A stretch of DNA of 57,562 bases from Catajapyx aquilonaris (lineage: Eukaryota), in NCBI GenBank assembly GCA_000934665.2, contig KZ538144.1, positions 62,001 through 119,562 on the forward strand. Direction: 5' to 3'. The stretch's first letter is position 1, and every line of letters starts with the position of its first letter. This document shows, one piece after another, positions 24,442 to 36,545 of the stretch. A program made the translations under genes and the position numbers. The notes below the pieces were generated by a model. The model ran no database searches. It had not been told where the DNA came from and was given only the letters and a program-made list of their open reading frames with translations.

Positions 24442-25123
24442 CTTGTTGTCAGATGAAAGTGCGTGTAGAAAATAATGCCGAAATTTGCACAGTCACACTA
24501 GTTTTATTGTTGGGGATAGGGCTTTGCATTTCGTTGGGAGCCAAATTGACAGTGTTTTCTGTTGAGAATTGGGAGGTACAGGCCGTGTAGGTGTAATGGC
24601 TGAGCGACCAGTTTTAGATTTTATTTATTTCTAAAGATTTTGACATTAAAGCTAATACCACAGTAAGCAAGTAATATGAGGGTGAAAGTGTGTACACAAG
24701 GGTGGTTTTATAGTCTTGAGGGTCTGCCTGAGCCACGCCAACCTTTGTTCCGGCCCAGCCTGCACTAGTTGGAAAATCCTTAGCACTGTGACTTGTTCAA
24801 GAACTACCTGTGTGCAGACCCTTGGATGCTCGCATGTAATTAGGATCTGGCTACCCTTTGGGGTCAGGTATCCAGACATAAATGGGTGTGCAATTGTGCA
24901 GTATGTCATACCCTATGCAGGTTGTAAGCTGGGTTGTGAATAGATATGGAACGCAAAAAGAAGGCGCAGCCTCATGACTGGTTGACGTAGACCTAGAGAG
25001 ATAACTTTAGGTCAAGCTGCTATTTTAGAAAACACATTGAATATTGATGAAGGCGCTGTGTATACAGTGTAGGCCTGTCATCTTGAAATTATTAATTTGA
25101 TATCTGCAATTTCTTTATGCCTA

Positions 25124-26236
25124 CGAGGTGTGATCGAAAAGTTCCTGGACTTTGTTCATAAAAACATTAATTTTTACTTTAAGTCCTAATTTCCAGTGCC
25201 ACCTTCAAAGTAGTCACCTTGGGCACGTATACAATGATCCCAGCGAATTTCCCATTTTTGGAAGCACCCCAAAAAATTGGCCAACCGTAGCAAGTTCAGC
25301 ACCTGCTGAGACTTTGCTTAGATGGGCATTTCCATGCAAACACAGACATACTGTCCGTTCGTAACGCAGGTTTTGCCGACATGTACTAGCGTATTTTATT
25401 GTAACAATGCACACACATTGCATGAAATGGATTAAGCATGCAGTGCATGAATCCTGGCATTGTTATAATAAAATACACTTGTGCATGTAGGCAAAACTTG
25501 TGTTACGAACGGACGGATGCATCATGGAAATGCCCAGATCTCTCTAGTGGAGTCAAAATGCCTCCTTTTCTACCCAAATTTCATTTTAGGGAAGAGGTAG
25601 AAATCACATGGTGCCAGGACAAACGAATAGGCTGGGTGGGGAACAGTGGTCATGTTTTTTGTCCGGAAGTCCCTGACTACACGTGAGGTGTGTGCAGGTG
25701 CATTGTCATGGTGCAGCAGCCAGTCTCTGTTCTTCGACATCTCCGGCCATTTGAGCCAAAATCGTCTCGCAGTAAGACTTGCCGTTGACAGTTTTACCAG
25801 GAGGGAGAAACTCCATATGCACAATTCCTAAAATGTCAAAGAAAATTATCAGCATTGAGTTGATTTTGCTGTTAACTTGGCGCACCACCTTTGAAGCTGT
25901 TAAACCACTCGTATGATATTGCTTGTCTTACAACTTGCTCGTCAAAAAGCCTTGTTCAGCATTTGGTGGGTTGCAGCTGAAATTTTGTTGAGCTGGAAGC
26001 AAAATTTAATACAAATCCTTTGCTCCCTAACACCAGCCATTTTGAACAATCGCAGAAGCACAAGAACGCGGTGTCAAGATAACTGCTGAAACTTGGAAAC
26101 ATGTGCACCTATGAAGACGATATTATTCAGACTAATAGCCGAAAGGTGCTCCTAGCGCTCCCTAGCGTCACAAGGTCGTACCTCCACTGGTTTTCACCGT
26201 ATATCGAGAGTCTGGGAACTTTTCGATCACACCTCG
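25124..26236 (-). mobile_element. Decayed mariner transposon with nested MITE (~25323-25536)
   Basis: TA-cgaggtgtgatcgaaaagttcc TIRs-TA; transposase fragments MLIIFFDILGIVHMEFLPPGKTVN, LLHHDNAPAHTS, HPAYS..LAPCDFYLFPKMK. Confidence 0.9.
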
Positions 26237-27759
26237 TATGTATGATTTTGTGACTTTTTGTCCCATGTAACTACTCACTGGCCTTGATTTACAGTGCATA
26301 TTGATGTGACTTACCAAGTAATCCTGCACAAGTGTTTTGTGTATCTTATACCCATTTGGATCTGAAATGGGATGTGGATCTGAATGGGTACATAGATACC
26401 CAAGTAGTCTGGATTGTATCCTGAACCCAGCTGAAGGTATAATTTCATGAAAACAAGATGATTTAGGGCCGATTTCTCGAACAGTGGTTCAAGTCAGGTT
26501 GAACTGAGTTTGCGTCTACACGCTGGATTCAGTTTAAACTCCCCTTCCGAGTGTGAGCATTTCTCGAGCGTAAACAAACCCTCGGTTACTATGTGAACGA
26601 CAAGCCTCGGTTAGAATGGGGAAGTAGCCTTCATTTTGGAAACTACATAATAAATTCGCCCACATTTTTTGGATTTTTTTGGCATATTCCGTTTCAAGAT
26701 ATCAGTTTCAGTTCCGGAGTAATTGGGGTTTTTATGTAGGCTACTGGTGACGTCACTGTCAGCCTAGAAAATGTTGACGTCACGCGAAGTGAAATGAACG
26801 CAAAAATGGTGTTATAGAACGCGCCCCGTCATTGTCGTAAAAGGCTTCGCTGTTGTTAGCAACCGTCCCATTCCGTGAGCAAGATAGCGGCCGGGGCGCG
26901 TGTTTATTCCAGGTCGCTCAAGTCGCTTTGTATGTGGCAGTGATGCCAACTGGTAGGAAATATCTGTCACCCGAATTCGGCACATTGAGGTCCCTTTTCT
27001 CCACCTCGATGGCCTACATCCGCCTTGCAAATGTTTTCCGTCGTGTCCGCGGTTAATTCAAAGTCAAATTCCTCATATCTCGCAGTCAACCAGGCATTTC
27101 AGTGCACCCTTTCGATTGGCACCACCCGGCTCCGCGGTTTTTCCCGCCAATTTTGAAGGCACTTTTAAATGTGCCGTAATTTATCCAGTAATGTCATTTT
27201 GATGCAACGCAGTGATGGAATGTATGTTTACAGGCATGGGCTAGCTAGTTATGAACAAAAATCCCAAATCCCAGACCAAGGCTAGTTCTCCATTGCACCG
27301 TTGCCACATGTCGCGTCGTCCCCATTTCCCCGAACCGGTCTGAGCTTCAGCGCGAGTCCACTCTGTATAATTGTCATTAACTGCACAGGTAGGGTGGAAC
27401 ATTTAGGAAAAGGTTTGGATGGCCGACTGTGCAAGCAAGCGGAGGGAAGTAGTGGCTGGGGACAAGTGACCCAGACTGGTAATGCCACGGGGACTGTGCA
27501 GTGCGGGGGCAAGGGTTGGTGGGGTATGTTTGCCATGCAAGATTGCCGGGAGAGAGGGAGATTTGAATGCCATGACTGTTGCTATTCTCAGCTAGGTCCT
27601 TTATCATGCCGTGCGACATGCCATGGTTGGCATGTCCTTAATATACAAGGACAGTACTGGTGTGAGTAATAGCCATACAGCAACACAACACAAAGAGCTC
27701 CAACTTCACTTTTAATGAACTGACCAGTGTACAGTATGGAACAAATGGACGCACAGTAC

Positions 27760-27850
27760 ACATAGGCGGCCTCTCCGCACTGTTTACACATGAAATTCCT
27801 TGCCACGATGCCCACCTCTACACACCATTGAGCAATGGCCTTCATCCCTG
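27760..27850 (-). mobile_element. Possible Merlin/IS1595-like transposase N-terminal fragment
   Basis: IAQWCVEVGIVARNFMCKQCGE resembles the W..E.G.....C..CG Zn-ribbon N-terminus of Merlin-type transposases. Confidence 0.35.
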
Positions 27851-29425
27851 CGTAATACAGCGAGAAAAGTGCTTTGTTGTTTATGGCGAGGCCCAGTTCG
27901 CAACGAGCAGGCCAGTTTGGCTGGCGTTTGCTCCTAGCCTGCCTTAGACCTCGCCTCCCCTGCTGCACAGTCCCCATGGCGTTGCCGCACTGGGCCACTG
28001 CCCCCAGCCTCTGTCCGCTTGCTCTGTAAGCCATCCGAACCTCAACCGAACATGACTAGGTTTGGTGAGCTGCCACTGCTCTTCTGAGGGAGGGAGCCAG
28101 AAAGAGATTGGGGAGGGAGGGTGGGCTTCATTGGCTTATGGCTGTGCCCCTGGAATTTTACTGCTCAAATAATACATGCCACGTAGCGGTCATTTCCAGG
28201 AACAGCTGTTAATGTCGGTTTCAAAAGATGTTGAATGTTGAGAATGGAGGGGAAAAAGAAGAAGTGATTCTAAGGTGACACTTTTACTGAGTGACTTGAT
28301 TGGTGCCTGTCCTACTGTCCATTTTGGTTTTGTGTCTTGACTCAACAGAGCAATGAACCGAACTGACCAGCCTCGGTGGAAAAGGCCCCTTAGACTACGG
28401 TTTCATCCACTTCATGTAGATAATGTCAGATCTCTTTTCTTCTTCTCCCAAAATGAGGAAAAGCACTTGTCTAATTCAGGATAATGTAAAAAATTTATTG
28501 TAATGTCTAGATGAATTTGTATGCCTCATGTGTGGAATAAAATGAGATTTATCGTCAATTTCGTGGTGCCATCAGGTATCCAACTTTGTCACTCCTTGAA
28601 GATGATGCCATTAGGCAGTTGAGTGTTCTTGTATGAAGTATAGTAACCCAGGTTGTGCTATGAGAAACTCGCAACGGTCCAGACTTACGTGACACCCTGT
28701 ACCCAGGGTGTTTGTTTACATGAAAGATGATGTGGCAGCCACGTGACCTTGACATGTTCAACTCAGCTCCCGCCCAGTGGATTGTGGGAGGTTCATGGTA
28801 GTTGAGTCACCATCCAAGCGATGGCAGGAGGAGTATATTGAACCGAATTTTGACCGCCAAAGTTCGAATTCACTGCACATTTGAGCGCGGGAAATTCAAA
28901 CATCCCCAGATCATATGCTGCATAAACAATTTAAGAAATCTGTGCTTGCATGAAAACTGCAGGTACCTATTTTTTTGAAGGGCCCGATTAACCTTGCTGA
29001 AGTACTGAAGTGTGGGATTTTTAACCTCAATGTGTAGAACAGTTTCCATGCCCTTCCCTCTGATTGAGCTTCAACCTGACTTGTAATGGGAAGTTTTTGA
29101 CAATTTTATGATATTTTGGATCTAGGGAACCAAACCAGAAATGGAAAATTCACGAAAATTATTTTCGGGGGTGGAATTGTACCAGCTGCCTTTCTGAGTA
29201 TTTTAAAATTTTTAGTTAAAGAGGTATATAGGGTTTGGGTACTATCTGCAGGATTCACTTATCCACAGGGGCATATGCCACTGGCCCAATATCCTGCATA
29301 AGTGGGAACGAGTGGGAATAAAAGGTATAAAACCATTACTGTCCAACCTTTAGTGATGATGATTACATATTTGATTATTAGTTTCGGCCAGTTACTACAG
29401 GGAAGGGAGGCGAGTCCTAAACGAA

Positions 29426-29672
29426 ATGGCAACTTACGTACGCTCATCACACGGCAACCGGAAACTTCTCCTGGATGGCTATACATTTTGCTTGAACCGT
29501 GTACGAGGAGTGAAACAGTATTGGGTATGTGACCAGAGGGCAGTGTGTAGAGTGTCAGTCCACGTTGTAGATGGGAGTGTAGTCACAGTGTCTGGACACC
29601 ACACTCACGAGGCCAAGGTTTGGAAGAAGGCAGTTGCATTTGAACCACTCAAGCCACCAAGTGCACCACAGG
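29426..29672 (+). CDS. Variable cassette K: FLYWCH zinc finger
   Basis: YVRSSHGNRKLLLDGYTF..YWVCDQRAVCRVSVHV..GHHTH; ends cag g|gtcagt (247 nt, phase 1). Confidence 0.9.
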
Positions 29673-30512
29673 GTCAGTCCTTTTGCTTCAGTAGTGTTTG
29701 GTGTTTCACCTTTTAGTTGAAATTTTTTAGAGTAGTTTCACAAAATATCGCATATTTTTGTGCAAGCACTTCAGGATTTTGGATAAGTTCAATAAGCATT
29801 GAAGGTGGCAAAGTACAATTTGTATGAAATGTTCTATAGTAATTACTGTACATGGTCAAAAAGACGAACAATATTATGTGCAAGGCTGCTCCAACAAGTT
29901 CAGTGTAAAACTGATGATATGTATGCTCCAAGGGAAATATACTATATGCCATGTAAATGAAATAAGGGCGCGTTTTATGCAGAATGATAGTGTGACTCAA
30001 AAGAAACATTTTTCGCCAATACACTTGGTGCCCCAAATGTGTCGTTAGGTCAGAAAACGAGTTTGTCACGCGCCATACAAACACATCATTACCTTGGGAG
30101 ATGAGATGAATATACCTCGGGGCCTTGAGATATGTTGTACCAAAGTTGGGTTTTTTGTGACTGTGCAAAATATGTGCACTTTCATCTTTTGTTTACATGT
30201 GACTTGTGCTACATAATAGAGGCCTCAAAATGTCGGCTGTTATATCATGGTGGCTCATGAGCCAGCAGAGCAAAAGGCCAGTCGAAGAATCAGAGCCCAG
30301 GAGGAACATTGGCAATAGTAGAGGCAGTAATCAAAAGAGTAAGTCACAGGATAAAAGTGGAGGTGGTGGGCATGAGTGTGAAGCAAAATTGTTGCATGAG
30401 GTAGGACGTGATCAGTACAACACAGTTCATGCACACTTGTGGATAATTTAGGCACATGTCTTGTAAATAGCAAGTCTCCAAGCACCTCACATTCTCCTGT
30501 AGCAAGCAAGTG

Positions 30513-30792
30513 ATGCAGACACACAGGATCAGAAAGCCCAATTGGTCAGAGCCAGAAAAGCAGGTTTTGCTGCAAGAATGTGCAAAATTTGAGCACATCA
30601 TCAGACCAGGGGCAGTGTCCACGACCCCAAAGCAATACCGGCAGAGGGCCTGGTGGGACATTGTCCATAGGCTGAACTGCCGCTTTCCTGAGAGGCCTAG
30701 AAGTGTCAAGGAGGTTCAGAAGAAGTGGCGCAACTTGTGTTATAACATGGTGATTGTGTCAAGGTTGTCCAATCAGGTGAATTGTAGAAGAG
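30513..30792 (+). CDS. Variable cassette L: Myb/SANT-like domain
   Basis: RKPNWSEPEKQVLL..RQRAWWDIVHRLN..RSVKEVQKKWRNL; ends aga g|gtaggt (280 nt, phase 1); ctcctgtag| acceptor at 30502. Confidence 0.85.
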
Positions 30793-30960
30793 GTAGGTTC
30801 GTTTGAAGTTATTCACAACATGATGAACTACAGAGTGAAGGCCAGTAACTGAAAAGATGTAACAGGGTGAATAAGATACACTGAACACAACTGGCAAATG
30901 TACTTTCACATGTAGGCAACACTCAAGCAGTTGCAAACCGTCCATAATGGGCTGCACTAC

Positions 30961-30962
<2 letters not shown>

Positions 30963-31014
<52 letters not shown>

Positions 31015-31268
31015 GATACCCCGTGATAGGCCCCTTGGGCCTCTTAGGGGATAATCTTTTGAATACCCGACTTTAATCATTTGCCTGTAATGTGATGGAT
31101 TTTGATAGTGGGAGGAAACGGGAGAACCCCGAGAAAACCCACGCGAACACGGAGAGAACCCATCGAAACTCTATCCACATAAGTATCCTCCGTCCGACCC
31201 GGGGATCGAACTCGGGACCTTAGAGGTGGTAGGTTGCGGCGCTAACCGCTCGGCCACCGTGTCGCCCT
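30963..31268 (-). mobile_element. tRNA-derived SINE family 3 (V-domain-like) with trinucleotide-repeat tail
   Basis: 15-bp TSD tgggctgcactacat (30948-30962 / 31269-31283); tRNA-like head; homologous to 48750-49011. Confidence 0.85.
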
Positions 31269-32032
31269 TGGGCTGCACTACATCATAAAAGCCTATTATC
31301 TCAAGTAATTAGGTATTTATTACCAACCAATCTCTATACAGGGTGTATCTGAACTCAGTGCCCCGACGTATATGACTACCTTCCTAGCCACCAGAGGATC
31401 GATTTAAGTATAGGAGTCATATGTCTGGGCAGCCTCATTACTGAGATACACTCTTTTGCGATTTTTGCCTAATCGCTCCTTCTGACTTTTAAATAGAATT
31501 TTCTGGTGTAACTAGCCAAAGAGGCCTTACCATCTGTGGGCAACAAACCAACAAAGTCCCGCCCCCAGACCTTCCAGAGCCTTCTGACTGGGGGAGGGTT
31601 CGATGGGTGGCCTAACCGACATGATATTTTGTACTACATGTTTGCGGCCAATTATCTCCGTAATGAGGCTCCCCAGACATATGACTCCAGATATAAGAGT
31701 CTTCAAGGTACTGTGGAAATCAGTATCCTATACCTGAGGTTTCCTATGTCCAAACACACAGGCCATATGTGGAAGTGTGCTGGGAGCAACCATTCAAGTT
31801 GGCTAAAACTGAGGATTGCTTAGAGCCAAGGCTCTTATATCCGAAGTCACCTGTATTATACCTTTGGAGTTCTCGATTGGTCTGTAAAACTGACATTAAA
31901 TGAAACGTATGTGTGTGGACCCTTGGTTATATTTTGAAGTTCTATCACACTTGTAGGAAAACAATGTGACAATACCTCTCTCACAACCCCAGTTAGCAAC
32001 CAGAGACGCACTTACCATATCTTACCCTAGTG

Positions 32033-33132
32033 CAGTGAAACTTGTGTATTGTGGAATCACGCGAGACCCTAAATTTTTCCCATAATGGATAGGTTTCTGC
32101 TACATTCAGATCAAGGACTTTACTGATATTTTTGCCTGTGAGAAAGAGAGGAAAATGGAGATAGCATAAATATGTACCTTACCTAGGGAGGCGGAGTGGT
32201 ACTGCGGTAACGTATCCGCCCACGGATGTTAAGGTCCCGGGTTCGATCCCAACCCGGGGACACCCCCTTCATCTCGTGCATAGTTCGTGAGTCGTCTCTG
32301 ACTTCATCTCGGGTCACTATTATTATTGTTATTAGTGTTGTTATTATTATTAATTTATTATTATATACCGTACCTCAATATGGTGCAAATCAGTCCATAC
32401 AGTAGACCTATAGCTATTGTATTTAGACTTTTAGTGTTGCCAGGCTACATTTTTGTGGACTAGCCTGTTTTGCCTGGCTTACAGCACATCTAAAAATGGG
32501 GGGCAGTTTCGTTGTAGTTGAAAATGTCCTCCTTTGGAATATCCCGAACAAACGCTTCCCACCTGCTTCGAATTTTCTACTTCGAGATTCATGACACTTG
32601 CATCACCACAAACTGTTTTCCACAAAATTTTGTGCCTGTTTCGGAAACTTTCCAGCCACCAATTTGAAACACTAAATTTTGCCACGCTAAGTTTTCGGAC
32701 TATTAATATTTTGCCCTTAGACCATCGACCCGGACACAGGAAATACTGGTATGTTGAGCCTGTGTCAACCCCCCTCCTCCTTTCCAACCAAAAATAGTCC
32801 CCATACCTCAACCATAGCTTCAAGGCTATGGGCCAATTGCAATTCCAGCAATTATGAGAGACTGTATGGTGTCAGATGGTCCAAAAAGGGTTAATCAGAG
32901 GCCTCCTGGGAGGGCTGATAGTGAACCCGGCTGTAGTTTCTATTTTTGAGACTTGCACGATAGATTTTCTCTGAAGGGAGACAAAAGTCCCTTCCATTTC
33001 CATGTTGGGCAGGTTCCGTTATATCCATAAAGAAATGCATTGCATGTCCTATGCATACACCCGTTCCCAGAAAATATTTCGCAAAGTATAGTTTCCGCTA
33101 TACCCAGGGTTCGTAATGGACAGGTTTCACTG
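32033..33132 (-). mobile_element. Tigger/pogo-like transposon remnant containing a partial SINE1 insert (32186-32315)
   Basis: cagtgaaac / gtttcactg termini; fragment FSVSNWWLESFRNRHKILWKTVCGDA typical of Tigger transposases. Confidence 0.65.
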
Positions 33133-33370
33133 TGCTTTTCTAATTTTCATTTGATTACAGGTTTTTGATACATGAAAGATAGTGACATTAAGTGGTACCT
33201 TAGGTAGAGATACCAATATATTAGTAGCTTGAGACAAGAAGCATGTGTTCCCTCTACCAGATGATGTAGGACTGCATTTTACATCTCTGTACTGCAGTTT
33301 TAAACAACTGATTTGCTGTCTTGTGAGAGTAAGTGTTGTACACACATACATGTTAAATTATTAGAGGAGT

Positions 33371-33600
33371 TAATCCCGGGGCCGGCAACTCTGACCGTGG
33401 TTTTCTGTGGTTTCCCACGGTCCTTCCAGGAAAATTCCGGAGTTGCTTCCGTAATTAATAGGCCACAGCCGCTTCCTTCCGTCCCTATCCTATCCCAAAG
33501 AGCGCAGTAAAATGAAAAGCAAACGAGTTCCAGGCAAAACAAACTTCCCCCCTAAAGAGCCGAAAAATGGCTGATAACGACGGGGTATGAAATATTATGA
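33371..33600 (+). mobile_element. SINE family 2 copy (5'-truncated)
   Basis: Reverse-complement match to the 12486 and 48346 copies. Confidence 0.75.
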
Positions 33601-34235
33601 ATTATGAATTATGATTATTATTAGAGGAGTCGACAGAATGGTTCTTTAATTTTCTAGTCCTGAAGGTGCTTGGGACATGCACACATGGACACACAACCAA
33701 ACACCCACACACACCATAACCATCATTATGCTTGTGTCTGTGAAAGCAATTAAGCAATGGAAGTGTGGCTAAATAAATGGCTGTGAATATGTTCTTGGAA
33801 GGTGTTAATTTTTTTAACTTTTTTAACTTTAGGAAACTGGAAGCAGTGATTAGTTTTTCCCCCCACCTAATGTGTAATGCACAAGTTTGCCTGCATATTT
33901 GCAAATAGAGAGTATAAAATGTGTGATAACAGGAAATAAATGCAAATCTGTAACATGCATTTAATTGACTTTCACATCTGCTTGAAATAAATTATTAATA
34001 ATACTCATATCAGTGAGGGTTTTGGAAACATTGCATGAGAGGATGCTCTTAAAATATGACTTGTGTCATCCAGGTGAAGGGAAAATATTAAACCTCTTGT
34101 TCATGCACAGATGCACCACAAAACGGGGTACATTCTTCACTGATATACTTGGCAAATGGTGACCTTTATACCAAAATTAACCAAGAAAAATTAGAAGTAA
34201 CATTGTGGCTAAGTCTTGCTTTTCTTACTTTTCAG

Positions 34236-34370
34236 AAAGCAGTGATGCCGCACCTGAGTTACCATCAGCATTGCCCAGGGCAGCGCCACAGCCGCAGTCA
34301 ATGGCATCGAGAGTGGATGAAGAACGTATGCATGAATCTTCCAGTAGGAAGATGAGATCTGCTCAGATAG
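34236..34370 (+). CDS. Constant exon 1 of the BTB locus (linker)
   Basis: Strong acceptor cttttcttacttttcag|, phase 1; ESSDAAPELPSALPRAAPQ..RSAQIG; donor g|gtatgg, phase 1. Confidence 0.75.
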
Positions 34371-34747
34371 GTATGGTGCTGTACCAGTCTTCCCGGTCAT
34401 TATACGTGGTAATTATGAAGGTTGTGCACATTAAGGAGCATATATAGAGGGGTCTGAAGATAGCAAATTTGGAATAGGAAGCCTTGCCTCCAAAGTAATC
34501 GAGTCAGTATGAGCCTGTGAATGTAAGGAACATTACAGGCAACATACCAATGAACTTACAATTATTGTTAGTATGTACAGAATTACAAATGGTGGTTGAA
34601 TCGGCCATAACCACATTCAATGCAGGTATTGCATCTCTCAGTTATGCACTCTCAAATAACCAAAGGCATCTGCTGGACCATGTCACAGGATGCAAGTATT
34701 CTGCCTAAGTGTTTCTTGGTCTGTGCAGGTGTGATACCAAGGTACTA

Positions 34748-35398
34748 CAGATCAAATCTTGTTTTAGCGAATATCAATACAACGAAATTTCAATAGAACG
34801 CAAAAAAAAAAAAAATTTTGGTTGGCCAGCCGTAAGAGCAATGTATTTGTAATCCCGTTACTACGAAATGCGTTACTACGAAATTTTCAGTACAACGAAT
34901 ACGAAAGGTGGTTCCCCAGCTAATATTGAGCTTGATATAACGAGATATGCACTAGGGCAATGTTCTGCCACACATGCTCCAGCACTGTCTAGCGATAAGC
35001 GAGTGTTCCGTAAACATCAAGCAAGCCATCGACATGATCGCTGAAGCATGGTCGTGCGTAACACCGCCAACAATCGTGAAATGTTGGGGTAAAAGTTGCA
35101 TCACAGGGTCCGCAGTGTTTGTTTTGGGGTGTGACCAGAACTCCGAAGATGCAGATGACCCTGACAACGTGTATGTGTGGAGGTCCGTTGCTGAAAGCAC
35201 TGGCGTGCCAGATGAAGTTAACCTAAGATTTTGTAGTGGCAGATGATGACGCTATGTACAAGTGTGTCGGGTTGACAGATTCTGACATAGCCTACTTGTG
35301 GGGGAAATAAAAATAACCAATCTCGATATAACTAAATTCCGTTATTACGAAAACATTTGCCTGGTCCCGCCGGTTTCATTGTAACGCGATTTGACCTG
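34748..35398 (+). mobile_element. Tigger/pogo-like internally deleted element
   Basis: TA-cagatcaaatc / gatttgacctg-TA; VNIKQAIDMIAEAWSCVTPPTIVKCW resembles the DDE_1 transposase C-terminus. Confidence 0.75.
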
Positions 35399-36021
35399 TA
35401 CAAGCCATAACTGAAGGTCACAGTCAAATCAACTGACTCAGTGCCTCTTCACATAGGATGATTACTTCCATTATGTTTCTCACATGCACAGGCTTGTACT
35501 GACTAAGGATTGCTTTGGAGGACATGGGGTCAAATTCCAAAGTTGGATTTAGTCTGACCCCTCTGCAGTATATGCTCAAAAAATTAGTGTACAACCTTTC
35601 TAATCACCCTTTATACATGCATAAATTATAAATTTGCATAATACCTGCTGTGAAAATACAGTTCACAACTCAAGTAGTAAAAGACGTGAGAGGCCATTTA
35701 CACAGACCACTTGAGACTGAACATGCTTCAGGGCAGGTTTTTTGGGGGGTACAAATCTGAACGGTTTCAGCAAGCTCCCTGTTCCACTCACAATATAGCT
35801 GTGGTAATTCAATTATTAAATGCATAATGTGGTTCCCAAAAGTTAGTCCCACCTTTTTTTGCACAGCATCTTATCTGCACAACCAGCTCTTTTCACAACT
35901 TGAAAGATAAATGAACATTAGAAAATTGTACCAAAGCATTTAACATGTGAAGCATTATGCCAATTATTGTACTCAGATCATTGTGCATTATACAAGGGCC
36001 ATCCTAAAATGATATACAATT

Positions 36022-36545
36022 CTTTTGCCACAAATACAGGGCCCTTGCAAGTTGGGAGACAGGCAGGCAGACAAACAAACATCCAAACATCGATAGAATC
36101 CTCCTGAAGCCGAACGCACTGACACCACGGGTGTGGCAACCTCTCCAGCCCCTCCAGGAACTACCTTTTGATGGTGTGGCACACCCACTCTGGACAACTG
36201 CTCGCAATTCAACAATGTCCTGGTAATGCTGTCAGCAAATGGTTTTTTTTCCCATGGATCCAGCTTTGGATGCTTCCACACCTAACGTACGCCACTGGCC
36301 TGGTCCCCAGTGACTTTCACATGTTCGGAGGCATGAGAAAATCCATTTGCAGACAACATTTTGAGGACATTGTTGACTGGGAGCAGTTGTCCGGGAGTGG
36401 GGGTGCGGCACCACCAAAAATTCGTTCCTGGAGGGCGTGGAGAGATGCCACGTCTGTGGTGTCAGTGCATTCGGATCCAGGAGGATCCTATCTATAATGT
36501 TTGCCTCTCTGCTGACCAGCATAGGCCCTGTATTTGTGGCAAAAA
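36022..36545 (+). mobile_element. Mariner-like remnant
   Basis: Inverted termini ttttgccacaaatacagggcc / ggccctgtatttgtggcaaaa; LPHLTYATGLVPSDFHMFG resembles mariner LPHPPYSPDLAPSDFHLF. Confidence 0.65.

Noticed and set aside
14263..30792. Cassettes as 3' variable exons of an upstream BTB (classic mod(mdg4)/lola layout)
   Set aside because: They start with their own ATG, upstream acceptor phases are inconsistent, they end in donors, and the only BTB in the window is downstream. Trans-splicing from elsewhere cannot be fully excluded.
14203..30806. Treating the DNA-binding-domain ORFs as independent single-exon genes or transposases
   Set aside because: Domain similarity stops at GT donors, the read-through tails look intronic, there are no catalytic domains or TIRs, and donor phases match one downstream acceptor.
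30706..31080. Poly-Tyr ORF (also the poly-Ile ORF at 52581-52814)
   Set aside because: Translation of (TAA)n microsatellites or SINE tails.
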